Translations under genes and position numbers: made by a program | Part shown: piece after piece, positions 11,740-25,545 of the stretch | How positions within the stretch are numbered: the stretch's first letter is position 1 | Layout of the letters: every line of letters starts with the position of its first letter | Assembly (NCBI RefSeq): GCF_009834535.1 | Contig: NC_045697.1 | Span: 97,776,001-97,840,000 of the forward strand | DNA length: 64,000 nucleotides | From: Camelus ferus | Lineage: Eukaryota | Reading direction: 5' to 3' | The notes under the pieces: generated by a model | What the model saw: the letters and a program-made list of their open reading frames with translations, nothing else | Database searches by the model: none | What the model was told of the DNA's origin: nothing

Positions 11740-13458
11740 GCTAAAATCCACTAGCAAATTCAGGAAGTTATTTTGTGGGTATCAACTAACTGATTCTAAG
11801 GTTTCTATGGAGAGGCAAAAGACTTAGACTATTCAACACAGTATTGAAGGAGAAGATCAAAGTTGGAAGACTGACGCTACCTGATGTCATGACTTATTAT
11901 AAGGCTACAATTCAATTATAGATCAATGGAACAGAATAGAGAGTCCAGAAATGGCCACTCACGCATACAGTCAACCACTCCTTGACAAAAGAGCTAAGGC
12001 AATACAATGGGGCAAAGATAATCTCTTCAACAATTAGTGCTGTAACAACTGGACATTCACATTAAAAAAAAAAAAAAAAAAGAACCTAGACACAGATCTA
12101 ACACTCTTCACAAAACTTAACTCAAAATGGATCATAGACCTAAAAGTAAGATGTAAAATTATAAAGTGCCTAGAAGATAACATAGGAGAAAACCTAGATG
12201 ACCTTAAGCATGGTGATGATTTTTTAGATATAAAACCAAGGGCACAGTCTAGAAAGAAAAAACTGATCAACTGGATTTCATTAATATTGTAAACTTCTGC
12301 TCTGTAAAAGATAATATCAAGAAAGAAGAAAACAAGCCTTATACTGAAAGAAAATCTTTGCAAAAGACACATCTCATAAAGAACTATTATCCGTAATACA
12401 CAAAGAACTCTTAAAACTCAACAATAAGAAAATAACCAACCCAAGTTAAAAAAAGTCAAAGACCTAAACAGAAACACCACAAAGAAGATATACAGATGGC
12501 AAATAAGCATATTAAAAGATGCTCAACATCATATATCATCAGGGAAATGCAAATTACAACAACAGTGAGATGCCACTACACACCTATCACAATGGTCAAC
12601 ACCTGGAACACTGACACCACCAAATGCTGGTGAAGATGTGGAACTATAGGAACTCTCATTCATTAATTGTGGAAATATAAAATAGTATAGCTATTGTAGA
12701 GGACAGTTTAGCCATTCCTTACAAAACTAATCACACCCTCATCTTAGGACCCAGCAATCTATTTACCTAAAGAAGTTTAAAACTATGCCCCCCACAAAAA
12801 TCTGTACACGGATGTTTATAGTCATTTTATTCATAAATGCCAAAACTTGGAAGCAACCAGGATGACCTACAATAGGTGAATGGATAATAATCTATTGTAT
12901 ATCCAGACGATAGAATATTATTCCATTCCATAAGAGAAATGAGCTATCAAGCCATGAAACTTCCTCTATCAAGACAGAGGAAACTTAAATGCATATTATA
13001 AGTGGAAGAAGTGAATCTGAAAGGGCTACATAGTAATGTATGGTTCTAACTATCTGACATTCTGGAAAAAGCAAAACTGTAGAGACAGTAAAAAGATCAA
13101 TGGTAGCCAGGGGTTGGGGGTGGGGGGAGGATGACTAGGAAAATCATAGGAGTTTTTAAGACAGTGAAGATACTCTGCATGTTATTTTAATGGTGGATAC
13201 ATGTCGTGATACATTTGTCCAAACCCAAATGTACAGCACCAAGAATCCTAATGTAAGCTGTGAGCTGTGGGTGATGATGTGTCAGTGCAGGTTCACTGAG
13301 TGCACCAAATGTAATAGTCTGGTGTTGGTTACTGATAATGGGGAAGGCTATGCATGTGTGGGGACAGGGAACATATGGGAAATCTCCCTACCTCCCTCTA
13401 CATTTTGTTATGACCCTAAAGCTGCTCTAAAAATTAAAACAAACAAACAAACAAAAAA
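11740..13458 (+). mobile_element. L1MC1-like LINE-1, ORF2 3' part and 3' UTR
   Basis: Decayed ORF2 (atagatcaatggaacagaatagagagtccagaaat) and L1MC1-type 3' end (gtggatacatgtc...ggggaaggctatgcatgtgtgggg...gctgctctaaaaattaaa) with A-rich tail. Confidence 0.88.
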
Positions 13459-15534
13459 TACTAAGATGAATTCAAAGATTCACTTTTGGTGTTTTATAGG
13501 GAAAGAATTATTCAATAGTCACTGTTAAACTACATACAAAAAGAAATGAATGCATTTTTAAAGACAGTCTGTTTCATAGTCAACTGAGAATCAATTAGGT
13601 GAGTGAGTAGTTTCCTAAAAACAAGTTTTAGTCTCACTGTAATTCATTATATATTTTTAAGCTTTTTATCAGGAAAGTTAATTTCCTCCCAGGAGAAGAT
13701 CATGAACTACATCATACAAAAAGGTTTTATCCCAGAAAAGGTTTATAATATCATCTTTCTTGGGGCTTTGAAAAGTCATGTCTTATTACACATGATGTGC
13801 ATGTGTGTTACTTGAACTCAAGTCTCCAGAATATCTTAACTGTTCATTACAGCATGTGAAATTCATTAGAAAAATTATTTTGTAGGATCTTCTTTAGGGA
13901 GTACTATTACAAGTCCTCCAAATGAAAATGATTAATATTTAATTTCTGAACAAAATCTGGCAATCCTTGAAAAATAACAAAAAGAATATATTAAGTTCTA
14001 TCCTAATAATTAAAACTAATTAAATATCAGTGGGACTGCTTGTTTAAATATTTAAACTAATTACTAGTATGCATTTTGTGATTATTCTAATACTAAAATG
14101 TAAGTACGTGTGTAAGAAACTTTATCCAGCAAGGAGAGGAGACCCTTTAGTAGACAAATGAGAGGAGGCAGTCTCAGAATTTTAGGCTGCCTTGTTATTC
14201 TTCTCTATGAAAAGACAGATACTCCATTATTGATGGCATTTTCCATTATGATGTCTCATCTGGATTTCACAGAGAAGGGGTCACTTTGATGAAATAATAA
14301 AGCAGAGAAAGCAGAGTGGATTAAAATATTTATTTTTGTTTTAAAGTTCAGCATGTTACTTCGGTAAAAATATACACAAAGTTGAATGTGATTGTGACTA
14401 TGCAATGTGTGTTTCTCACCAGCACAAGAAGAGACATGAAGTGTTGAATGCTATGTCCCTGTTGAATATTGTACTATTTTGAAATTTTAGTAGACAAGTT
14501 TACAATGAAAAAAACATCCTACAGATAATAAATTTGAAGGGGAGCAATCTTTTTGCTTTCTGCAAGATTTTTGAATAAGAGTATGTAGAATATTTTTAAT
14601 ATAGGACACACATATTTATTGATTTTATATGGTTCTTACTAAATGGTTACCTAATTCATCATAGTGTTCAAAGCTCATATTCATTGAGCTTTCAAGCAGT
14701 AATCACTGGTGTAGCAAATATACTGAAGGGTAACAAAAATTCAGTATAATTCGAGATACACAGTATAATAAATGAGAAGTCATTGTTTTATAAATTTGAA
14801 AGATTAATAAATTAATCATTAAGATGATCAGTAGTTAAATATAGTTACTATTAGATCACAGAGGAATACTTGTTTGTCACCATATTTTGATAATCTTAAA
14901 TAGCTAAGTAACAATGTTTATAATTTAAATGTTACAATTTGATAGGTTTATTAAATTTACCAAAGTATAGAGGTAGGACACATTATGTTTGTTAGTCTTA
15001 AGAAGAACAAAAAAAAATCATCAGAACAATTTCTTTAATCTCACTCAAGTAATAAACCTGATGTTAGATCTCCAAAATGTACTATGGACAACATTATACT
15101 GTGGACAATAGAAATAAAAATTGATAATTTTAATTCATTCCTAATCTATAGAAGGCACTTAGGATGCCCCTAACACACCCAACAATCATGTGAAAATTAG
15201 AAGTAGGTACAAATTTAAGAAGTATCCCCTCCTCAAGGCTGATGTAGTCCAGGGTCAGGGCGTACATCTTGGCAAGCTGAACTAAGGTTAATTTACCTCT
15301 TTTATGAATCCTTGCTGAATTATTTCTTTCTGTGAAAAATTTATACCAAGCATTGTTGGATAATAGCACTATCTTATTATATGTAAGGTAAACATAGAAC
15401 CCTGTCTTTCTCCCCTAAGAAATCATAAGCTCTCCAACGTCAGGGACCATAAAGAGTAGAAACTAATTGTTAAATGTACTGTACCATTTTCTACTGAGCA
15501 TCTTTTAAAAATCTTAAAAATATAATTGCTTCTA

Positions 15535-15720
15535 TTTGTAGCATTTCACAGTTCACTTGAGATTTTATATTCATTATTATATATAATCCTACAACAAGCT
15601 TCTGATGAAGGAAAATTGGGTGTGATTATTGCGCTCTTTAAAGGTTGCACAGCTTGTAAGCACAAGAACTAAGACTACAGTAAGAATTTTGAGACTTAGT
15701 CTCTGCTGTACTTCCTTTAT
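15535..15720 (-). mobile_element. MIR fragment
   Basis: gcatttcacagttcac...aatcctacaacaagc...aaggttgcacagcttgtaag. Confidence 0.45.
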
Positions 15721-17009
15721 AGCAACTTATCAGGAAAGACCTGCTATCATTAAAACAATGAGACATCTGAAGGGTATTATTAAATAGTGGTTTAGCATAG
15801 AAAACTTATTAAACATGAATTCAGAGGCAGCTCTAAGTTTAAGAGACAAGGTGCCCCTAGATTCAGACTTCATTTCCTCCTTCCTGAAGAATCATAAAAA
15901 CAGTTATAAAATGTGTCTGATGACTCTGATAAAAAGTAATTTACCTACCAATTTTTAACTGAGAAATATTAATCCCTAGGTAGGGGGAGGGGCATATTCT
16001 TGAGGTAGCATTTTTGGAATTGCACTTGCTTGAGGATTTCCCACATTTAATGGGAAAAAAATGTTGGCCTGAAACATAGCAGGTGAGTTCCCATTTATAA
16101 GCCTTCATGAAGCCCACCCTGACCCCAAGGGTGGGACAAAATAATGTCCTTTTTTCTGGGATGCAAGCCTCTTGAAGCCCAGGATTTCCTCCTACTTATC
16201 ATTGCTCTTCTCCCACTAAGTCATTAACTAGCATTTGGAAGATACTTAATAAAATTTTGCTTAACTTAATTGAATTTTAAATTACAAACATTTGCTTACT
16301 TTTAGCCAGTTTCAATCAAATTTTAATATCTGGCTCTTATTCATTGACTAAAATAGGCTTAATGAAACTTGTTTTTCATGTTTATCATGTTTTTTGAAAT
16401 TGAGAAGCGTGGATAGAACAATTAACTAAATACCTGAGAGGAAGAAAGCACCTTTTCAAAGCACCTCTTTATATAAAAATGTGTGAGTTTGAACTTCAGT
16501 TTTCTGTTGTTCGATCTCAACCTGATATAATTAAATTTAACCTTATTTACTTAACCTCTGTAAACATTACCCAAAGTCATTGAAATAGCTTTGATCTGGC
16601 CTTGGATCAGGAGTTCAAGAGATGGTTGGCTCAAAGTCCTTCTTAAGTACCTATACCTGCCTCCTCCCACTGCCACCACACGGCAAGGACAGTGGGCAGC
16701 AGCTGGGGATTCATTAAATGAAAGAACCCAAAAGATGGAGTTTAATTGATTCAGTAAGAAAGTGTTCATATATGAGCATGTGTGTGTGTGATTCACATAC
16801 ATATGTAGTTAATAATCTATTGATGTTTGTTTTCTAAATATACATAAACCATACTGTATACTGCTCATCACGAGATTTTTTTTTTAACAAATTTGGAGAT
16901 TATATATAAATTAATAAGACTAAAATATGTAAGAAACTTATAGTGAGATTCAAAAGAAATAATGACAATTAATTTCATTCTGGAAAAAAAGACACTGCCT
17001 CTCCATAAC

Positions 17010-17290
17010 CCCACTCATTCCTGAACCATTGGCATTGGCAATGTTGCTTGTATGGCCTGGAATTCCTTCCCTTCTCTATTTCTACTTATTCAATTCTACT
17101 CATTCATCAAATTTCAACACATATATCTTCTAATCCATGGAACCTTTCATGAAAACCAGATCCACACTCATCCTTTATGTCACATACAGATACTACCATG
17201 AGTAATGTTTAACTCTCTAAATATCTGTATACAGTTTAGTTTTTTTCTATCTTATACATCCATTTCATTTCTTGACTGCAAGTTACTGAA
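17010..17290 (+). mobile_element. L2 fragment
   Basis: gcctggaattccttccc...aattctactcattcatcaaatttcaac...cttgactgcaagttactga. Confidence 0.5.
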
Positions 17291-17326
17291 CCAACTCTAG
17301 ATAACTTCAGGAGACAAAGAACTTAC

Positions 17327-17381
17327 ATAATTAATGAAGCCTGTAGAATCAGGCCTGGGATAGAAGCAGGATCCAGGGATG
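17327..17381 (-). other. Candidate 55-nt spliced exon (coding status unknown)
   Basis: Minus strand: acceptor ctattttcctgtttcctag, donor AT/gtaagt, unique sequence. Confidence 0.3.
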
Positions 17382-20300
17382 CTAGGAAACAGGAAAATAG
17401 TCCAGGTTGGTTCCAGAAACAGTCTGAATGAGATGTGCTGTGTGTCTCTGCTGCTTCGTACCTCAACCTCAATGCCAAAAATAATGTCTTAATCTCCCTA
17501 TGTATTTGCTTTAAATCCTTAAGATTCAAAGTCTCAGCACATTATGTCTTTCTTTCCCAGCTGTTGGAAGAAGGAATATCTAAGTTTCTCAGTTTCAATA
17601 TGGTAGCAGTGGAGCCTTGACTCTCAGCATAACTTACTTTATGAGAGCTCCTCCTAAATGTTTAAATTTGAATAAGCTAAAACGCTTAGGGGTTGTCTAC
17701 CATATTTTAAGTCATAAAATAAGCTCACTGAAGTTATAAGTTAATGGCTTTAATCATTGAACTCTAACAATAAACATTTGTAGCGTACACATGAACTGCA
17801 ACATGAACTTTAGAGAATCCTAAAGTAGTATGTAACACAGTCCATGAACAAAAGACCCTCATAATCCTGAAAGAGAGATGAAATTTTTCTCATGGGAAAC
17901 AGCTTGAAAAAAGGATTAAGGCAGCAATAAGCAAGTACACATGATGTATAGAGGCTCTCGCATGGGCGTTAAGAAAATATCATGTGACCAAAAGATTAAT
18001 GTGGATTGTGTTTACCTCAAGATCCTGAGTATAAATTGATTTATACAGCCTGAACTCAAGGGCAAATAACATTCTCAAAGTAAAAATCTGATGAATAATA
18101 TTGTGAAGCAGTTTGATTTATACAACACTAATAAAAAGTCCCTTGACTGCATTGTTAAAATAGGTTTTATAATGCCAATTGCAGTGTTTCAACTGAATCT
18201 GTTATCTCTTTTAAAAAAATTTTCAGGCAGTAGACCTGATTTCATTTCCTTGAAAAACCCAATGAGTTTAGCATTTTGAAATTGACAGATTTAGTTCATT
18301 AATTCAGATGTCTGTGAGCATTTCCCACTGAACAACTTCCCTTCATAATGCATAACTGTTGCATTCTTTCTGTAAATAAGCTTGTAAAAAAGAGAAAGAA
18401 AAAAGTCACCGAATGAGAAATTTTTCTGTCTTTCAGTAATTTCATTTTGAAAAAGAAAAAAAAAAAAAAAAGAAGAAAGCTTTGCAGAGATTCAAATAAG
18501 GATTTAAAGGTATTTTTATTACTTTTCCTAAAGGTTCTCTTAACGTTATCATGTTATGTTGTAGTCTTTTTTGAGAAAGGTAATGTTTTGATACTGTAGT
18601 ATTGAGCATAAAAGTAAGAAAACTTTCTTCTTGTGGGATCCCAATAGGAAACAAATTGAATGCTCAAATTATGATTATTCCAACAGAATTTAACAAAGTA
18701 TTAATAAACAAGTGTAAAGTGTGTAAAGAAATCATTAGAAGGAATGTCAGATCACAGGGCTGTCCCTATGTCCCTAAAGCTAGGCTGGAGGAGTCAAGGC
18801 TGCTATAGTTACCAGGAAGAGCTGCCTTGAGAGAAACTGTAACCTTCTTTCAAAAGGTCTCCATATCCCACTCCCCTTTTCTTTCGATTTGCTTCTTAGG
18901 TTCCCCATTGCCCAAACTCTTTTGGAAGCCAATGACGTTGTCCACCCTACTCAGCCTTCCAGGAGCAGAGAACAAGGCAGAGAAGAACAGAGAGCCGACA
19001 TGGAGGGGCAAATGGGATTGATCTAGCATGCAGAATTTTGGAGTAGGTTCCTAGATTTTTAGTCTGTTTTCTGGCAAACAAACATGCGGCTAGGATTCTG
19101 CTAAACTAAAACCCAACATTATAAAGATCCATGGCAACCTCTCATAGCAGATTTTACTGAATAGTAAGAAAACACAAAATCAGAATTGTAGGCATTAAGA
19201 GGTTAATAATGAGTCAAAGCATAACTTTTATCACACTAATCGATTGCTTATTGTTCAAACAATGCGGAAGAACAGCTTAACCACCTGTACGTTTCTTAGG
19301 CATTTAACAGAGTTTTAAAGAAATTGGTCAAAAACTTTTTCCATAGAAAAATATTTTAAATGCAGGTAAATCTTGTTCCCTTATTCAAAATAACATTATA
19401 TGTTCATTCATTTAGTTACCAAGCAAGAAACATTTTAAAAAGTCTACTATGTATTCAGTATCATGTGTTCCTAACCTTTGGAAGTTCAGTGTAGTCAACA
19501 GATTCTAATGGAAGGTAAGTATCTATGAACAAATTAAATTCACTTAAAATAAACTGACTTGATGAAACCTTCAGAGTATAAGTTCTTTTAAATCATCTAC
19601 CCTTTGTAGGAAAATATGCCATTTCCTTTCTCTGTTTATTGCTGTTTTGATCTGTGCTGAAAAATCAGCATTTCAGGGATCAGCTATGTATATGGCTTTG
19701 CTTTCTAAAAAATATATTTGAGTTATTTGGTCTGCATAACATCAAAAGGTTGGAATATCCATCAAATTGCAAATTTCCTAAGGTCAGAAATCACATTCTC
19801 TGTTCCATCAGCAATTTCACACTTCCTTATTAGGGGCTACAAACAGAGCAGTTACTAAGTCCATAGAGCTGCCGATCTCAAATTTCAGTTCAGCACTCAT
19901 TTCAGGTCTCTGCTAGAGTGACTGACCTGCATTGTGCCTTATTTTTTCTCACATATGAAAATATTACGCTCATCATTGCCAAATGTTTCATTATGATTCT
20001 ATCTACCCTCTTGAAATGGTATTCAATTTTTCCACCTCTTATAGTATTCTACTAGAGAATCATTGCTGTTAAATTAAATTAGTTGAGCTCACATTTTTAC
20101 ATATCTTAATGGCCAGAAATATTCCCAATTCAACAGCTTTAAAACAATATGGCTGAACTGTCTGCAGCCCAGAGTTTATCTACTACTGCATTTAGAACAG
20201 AGCTCAAACTGAATAATCTGCTCTCACAACTGAGATCTGAAAAGGAAGGCTGCAGTGAAATTCTGGGAATGTATCTAAAAACAAGTGAGCCAAACCAAGA

Positions 20301-20675
20301 CCACAAGATTCCTCAGCTTAAATGTTATCTGCCTTACCTCTTTCAGATTCCTAAAATATTTTAAATGACACAGAAAATATGAAACCTTAAAAATAAGGCT
20401 CAAAGACAACTTATTCCAGAAATTTGGGAGAATACTTACTTGTTATTAAAAAGTAGCACTGGTCTTAGCAAATCATAGCTTTGCCCTGGTAATATACACA
20501 TGTAATATTATAGCACAGGCTCACAACCTGGCAAGTTGCCTCTACCTTAGATCTAGAATTTTTACCAATCAGAAAAAAACAGGCAGTCATCTTAATCAAT
20601 TTTTTTTTTTTTTTTGAGGCAGAGTTCTTCTCCACACCCAGAATTCTAGCTTTCTACATTAATTCTGAAACAGCT

Positions 20676-20942
20676 ATACTAAGATCAAGTCGAATTCATC
20701 CCCAGGTCACAAGGTTGGTTTAACACATGCAAATCAATCAATGTGGTACACCACATCAACAAAAGGACAAAATCACATGATCATCTCAACAGATGCAGAA
20801 AAGGCATTTGATAAAATTCAACACCCATTCATGATAAAAACTCTTACCAAAGTGGGTAGGGAAAGAACGTATCTCAACATAATAAAAGCTACTTACGACA
20901 AGCCCACAGCCAACATAATACTCAATGGTGAAAGCTGAAAGC
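20676..20942 (+). mobile_element. Isolated internal L1 ORF2 (RT domain) fragment, tail-less, with 11-bp direct repeats
   Basis: [25 protein letters not shown] motif; ctgaaacagct at 20665-20675 and 20943-20953. Confidence 0.92.
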
Positions 20943-21386
20943 CTGAAACAGCTGGCCTTAAAGTCAACAGACCTGGAACAAACCACGTGGGAGTGGGGAG
21001 TAAGGAAAATGGGTTTTTGGGAAGGGATGTTGCCAGTGTTACACCACTTCCTGGGACAAATGATTCCAAAAAGTAAAGTGCAGTATTTTTGAGAAAATAC
21101 AACCCTAATGATAACGAGTTTGGAGAATGAAAGGTTTTATTTGTTTTTTGTTTTAGTGTCTTTTTAGAGTAATAGGGGTAGGAAAAATTACATTTCAAAT
21201 GAAAAGAATGTTTTCCAGAAATTGAGTGTTGGACTGGCACCTGAACAAATCAACCTAAATTCAGCTGTGGGGCTGGAGGAACCTGCAAACACCACCCAGA
21301 CAACAGGGAGCCAAGGCAAGGACATTCCAACCTTTTACCTCCTAAGCAAAACTGAGTCTTATGGGAGGTTATCTCACTTTAAAATG

Positions 21387-21479
21387 AGGGAGGGAAAAAA
21401 GGAAAAGAGAAGGGGAGGGAGGAAGGAAGCAAGCAAGCAAGAAAAGAAGGGAGGAAAAGGAAAGAAAGGAAAGAAAAAG
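21387..21479. repeat. Polypurine (GA-rich) low-complexity tract
   Basis: Direct reading. Confidence 0.85.
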
Positions 21480-21984
21480 TCCTCGTGGTTGATGAACACT
21501 ACAAAAAAAAAAAAGAAAGGGGCCACGAAAACATCCTAAAGATTTATGAAAACTAAACACCTCTGAAAATACTCTACTGCTGTATCCAGAAAAAAATTTC
21601 AGGAAAGCATTTGCCATTCCAAAAAATAATGCAAGAAGATACAGCATGTATGAAATCAGAATGAAGATCCATGAGACAATATTAGGTTGAAATGATGATA
21701 AAAGTGGACTCGGAAGGAATTTCAAGGAATCTGAAAATTATAATTTTCTGTGAAGATTCTCCAAAGCTGAATTTCTACCAAGGACACCCTGAATATACAT
21801 GACTTCATTGGAAGCAATGACACAAAGAACAGCCATCGGAAGAAAGATCATCATTAAAAGCAATTTTCAATGTGTACAGTACATTTATACATAAAATCTT
21901 GTGCTCATCTCAGATTTTCTTAGGAAATGTGCCCTTGTCATAAGTAGCCTGAGCCTGCCACTTGACCATGCTCTACTTCTCCCT

Positions 21985-22260
21985 AGGTGTGTCACGTAAG
22001 GACTTCAGTTCTTACTGCGTGAAACAGGGAGGGAGTCACTGAAGGGGTGAAACACAGTGATGCAAAGTCATTTGAGGAACACAAGAAGTAAAAACAAGAC
22101 TTACTGAGTGACAGAGTGGGAACGGTTAGCTAAGGGTGAACAAGGAGGTAGAGATGGCTCCCGACTTTCACATCTGGTGACGAGCAGCAATGATTCTGAC
22201 AAAACTCAGATGTAGGAATATAAGAGAGTTTCGGATGAAATGATTAGCTCTACCTATAGG
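21985..22260 (-). mobile_element. L2 fragment
   Basis: gtcacgtaaggacttcagttcttactgcgtgaaacagggagggagtcactgaagggg...agatggctcccgactttc. Confidence 0.45.
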
Positions 22261-22619
22261 TACGATATAGATATTATAAAGATAAATGAGCAAGGGATAT
22301 AATTCCAGATGAAGTTAGCTTTCAAGGGCCAACATACAAATTCCAGTGAACTATAAAACATTCATATTTTAGTCTAAAATTTTGCTCAGATGCTAGCTGC
22401 TTTTACTAAAACCACCTACATACTTTAAAAAATCCCTACCATGAAATAGAAGGATGCAGCAACATGCTGCAGAACAGGGACTTCCTCAGCACCCAGGTGC
22501 TGCTCACTGGGATTCAGATTTGCTAGGTGGGTCATGTGAAAAGAATCGATGACGAACAGGACATGCCACTCAGTGGACTGACGGAGACAAGCACATTTAA
22601 AGGTATGCCAGTGACTTAC

Positions 22620-22682
22620 TGGGGCACGACCTACAGCAACACACTGAGCTTGGGGAGAGACAGTAGCTGCCGTTGAGAGAAT
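22620..22682 (-). other. Candidate 63-nt spliced exon (coding status unknown)
   Basis: Minus strand: acceptor gattgcctcccaattgcag, donor CCA/gtaagt; locally GC- and CpG-richer unique sequence. Confidence 0.25.
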
Positions 22683-24240
22683 CTGCAATTGGGAGGCAAT
22701 CAACCACAGGGTTAATTCATTTTAGCAAAATCTTTGTGTTTTGCTAAGAGACAAAAAAAAAAAAAAATCAAAAAACAGACATTACACTCAAAAATAGGCC
22801 ATGGAACTGAAAGTCCAAGACTATAATCACGGAAAATCATCTCTCAGCGTCGTATTTTGCAGGTGACTCTGGGTTAATGACAGTCACAGCACTGTAAGCC
22901 CATTTGCATGCATGAGCAGAAGTGGTTCACAGAATAAATTTAAACTATGAAAGACCTTCAATTCTTATGTTATACCCTTAGAGGTAGTTTTCCATACTGC
23001 TAACAAATATGTCATTCCAAAAGGCAAATAAGTAGTATTTTGAATATGAAGAACTTTAGGTTGAATAAATAAGAGAAATGGATATAGTTTCTCCTGCTTC
23101 TAATAAAATGTAAAATGACACAATTTTCCATGTGAAATGTAATCAGTACAATTTAAAACATTTTGGCATTTACATTTACGATATTCAGATTTTCTACTGG
23201 CATATCCTGAATGGCACTGCGCTACCATACTCGCCTCAGCTCAAAAGTTTGCTGCTGTGTGTGAGACGTTTCCAAAGCAGGTAATATTGTTCTTAAAATC
23301 TAGCCCAGGATATTATTATTTGGATACCGTGTATGCCATTTAAAATGCATTTAAAAATATTTTCTAGCTATGCAGGAAGAATAAAATTCAGAAATTACGT
23401 ATGGAGAAAGATTTAATGATCAGTTGTCTTGTTAATCTGTGTATAAAGGAAACTACATTACTAGAAGAAACATGTCAACAATAGTTCCACAAACCGTTCA
23501 GTGTGCCTTTAATAATTCAAAGGCTGCTTAACTACAAACATAAAACTATAAATGTGTATTATGATTGCAACTTAAAAAAAAAATACCTGAAACTGGGTTT
23601 ATACTCTGCTCAAGGATACAGCAGAATTGACTGTACGTACAACCTGTTTGTACTTGACCAAAATTGAACTGAAAAGGGATTCTCTTTCCAGGACAATTTT
23701 TAAGTTGTGTCTGAGATTAAGGACAGCATATGAAAGGATCACACCTAACAGATGATGTGCGAATCACTTTTATTTCATACCAGGGGAAACTAATCAGAGC
23801 ACTGACAGTGATGAGACACACTAAAATAAAAAGCAAAGGAAAGCTAAGGCAAGATACATCAAAAGTGAAATTTTAGGGCAATATTTCTAGCCATTTCCTG
23901 ACATGTTATTCAGTTTGTAAATGAAAGGAAGAGCTACTTGATGGGTGGTATATTTGAGATAAACTTTTCTAATAAACCTTTCATTATATTGAAAAGTACA
24001 GAAGTAATTTTCCCTCAAATCGTTCACCTTAGAAAGTTTAAAAATATGAAGGTATGTGTTTTTAAAATTTAATATTTTGGGTCCCCCCAAAATGCTTCTT
24101 AAGGAATATTAAGTGTGATAATTTAGCATGTCTTCACTCTCAGGAGACATGGAAAAGCGTTAATACTAGGCTGAGAAAGGATCTGAAACAGTGTTACTGT
24201 GTGTGTGAAAGACATACAGACCAGTGCTGGTACACACTGA

Positions 24241-24241
<1 letters not shown>

Positions 24242-24274
<33 letters not shown>
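24242..24274. repeat. (CA)n microsatellite
   Basis: Direct reading. Confidence 0.97.
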
Positions 24275-24275
<1 letters not shown>

Positions 24276-25215
24276 GTTAAACCCATCAGTCAGCTAAATT
24301 CAGAAACTGAGTGTGCACTTTATAATAATCTGACTTTGTTGTGACACCTAAATATGTCCTCAATGTCAGTACATGTGGTTTGGAGTTTAGTTCTGGACAG
24401 GATTAACTTCTGTTAGTCCAGCTATAACCACAGGAAAATAGTTCTGAGTCGATACTCAGATTAAGAAGATTGCACCAGAATGTAAATCAACTCATTGCTT
24501 TTTTCACAGAAAATCTGATGAATGTCAGCTAAACTAGACAGTGTGTTTCATACCACAGCAAAAATTGTGAATTATATAAAGGCTAATGCGCTGAATTACA
24601 GATTATGCTCTTCACTGTATGATAATGGAAACTGATTATAAATAAATGTTATTGCATACTGATGTACGACTATTATCCAGGAGAAAGATTCTATTGTTGA
24701 ATCATGGAACAAACTTCTAGCATGGCTGAAAATAAATTTAAGTTTTGTCCAAATTGTAAAAAAATGTAAATTATTTCACCACACTTGATTATTTGCCTGA
24801 TAGTTTAGGTATTTTAAAATTTATCTTAATATATCTAAGCAATCATAAATGCTTCAGGTATTTCTTAATGAAAGATAAGACTGAAGGACTAAAACAAAGT
24901 TAGACATATGAAAGAACAGTGAAACAGATGATGGACATGGAGATAATATTGCAGTTAGTGAAAGTTATTAAGTATGACTTATGAATTTAAAAATTTTTAT
25001 TCTTCATCAAAAGAAGATCCAAACATGTGAAAGTAATAGATCCAAAGTCCATTTTATTCAACTAAAGATAATTTAAGTTTGAACCTAGTTTTAAAGGCTA
25101 AATTATTGGAAATAAATACTGACCAAGAATTTAAGATGAGTTTTGAAAATAAAGAATCACTTGCCTCATTTTGGATAAAAAATAATAAATGTCCTGAGAT
25201 TGCTATGTAAAAAAT

Positions 25216-25545
25216 TGATAAACAGAATCCACAGTTAAATAGAGTCAGGAGACCAGAAGGGGGAACTCACACCCCATGACAACAGCAAAGCCCAACAGGA
25301 AGAATGACTCCTCTTCTTTTCTGGCAGGGACTCAGTCAAGGAAGAGCCTTGGACTCTGTTTACCATAGCCCCCTCACCAAGTTTTTCCTTTCCCCTCTAT
25401 AAAAGTGTTCTCTTTCCCTTGCCATGCGGGGGACTTGCACGTGTCTCGCTATGGTTGCAGACCCTGAATTTCAATTCTCTGCTAATCCAGATAAACCCAT
25501 CTTTGCTGGAGAAATACCTAGCAGTCTTTTTGTTTTAGACCAACA
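25216..25545 (+). mobile_element. ERV1-type solo LTR (MER39/LTR39-like)
   Basis: TG...CA termini (tgataaacag...gaccaaca), internal TATA (ctataaaa) and degenerate poly(A) signal (gataaacccatctttgctggagaaat); TSD not clearly preserved. Confidence 0.8.

Noticed and set aside
20600..20625. (T)n-gaggcagagt resembling an antisense Alu end
   Set aside because: Similarity stops after about 10 nt and the genome is not primate.
23189..23280. Plus-strand exon candidate (ttcag/...CAG/gtaata)
   Set aside because: Weak pyrimidine tract, no recognisable peptide, no supported partner exons.
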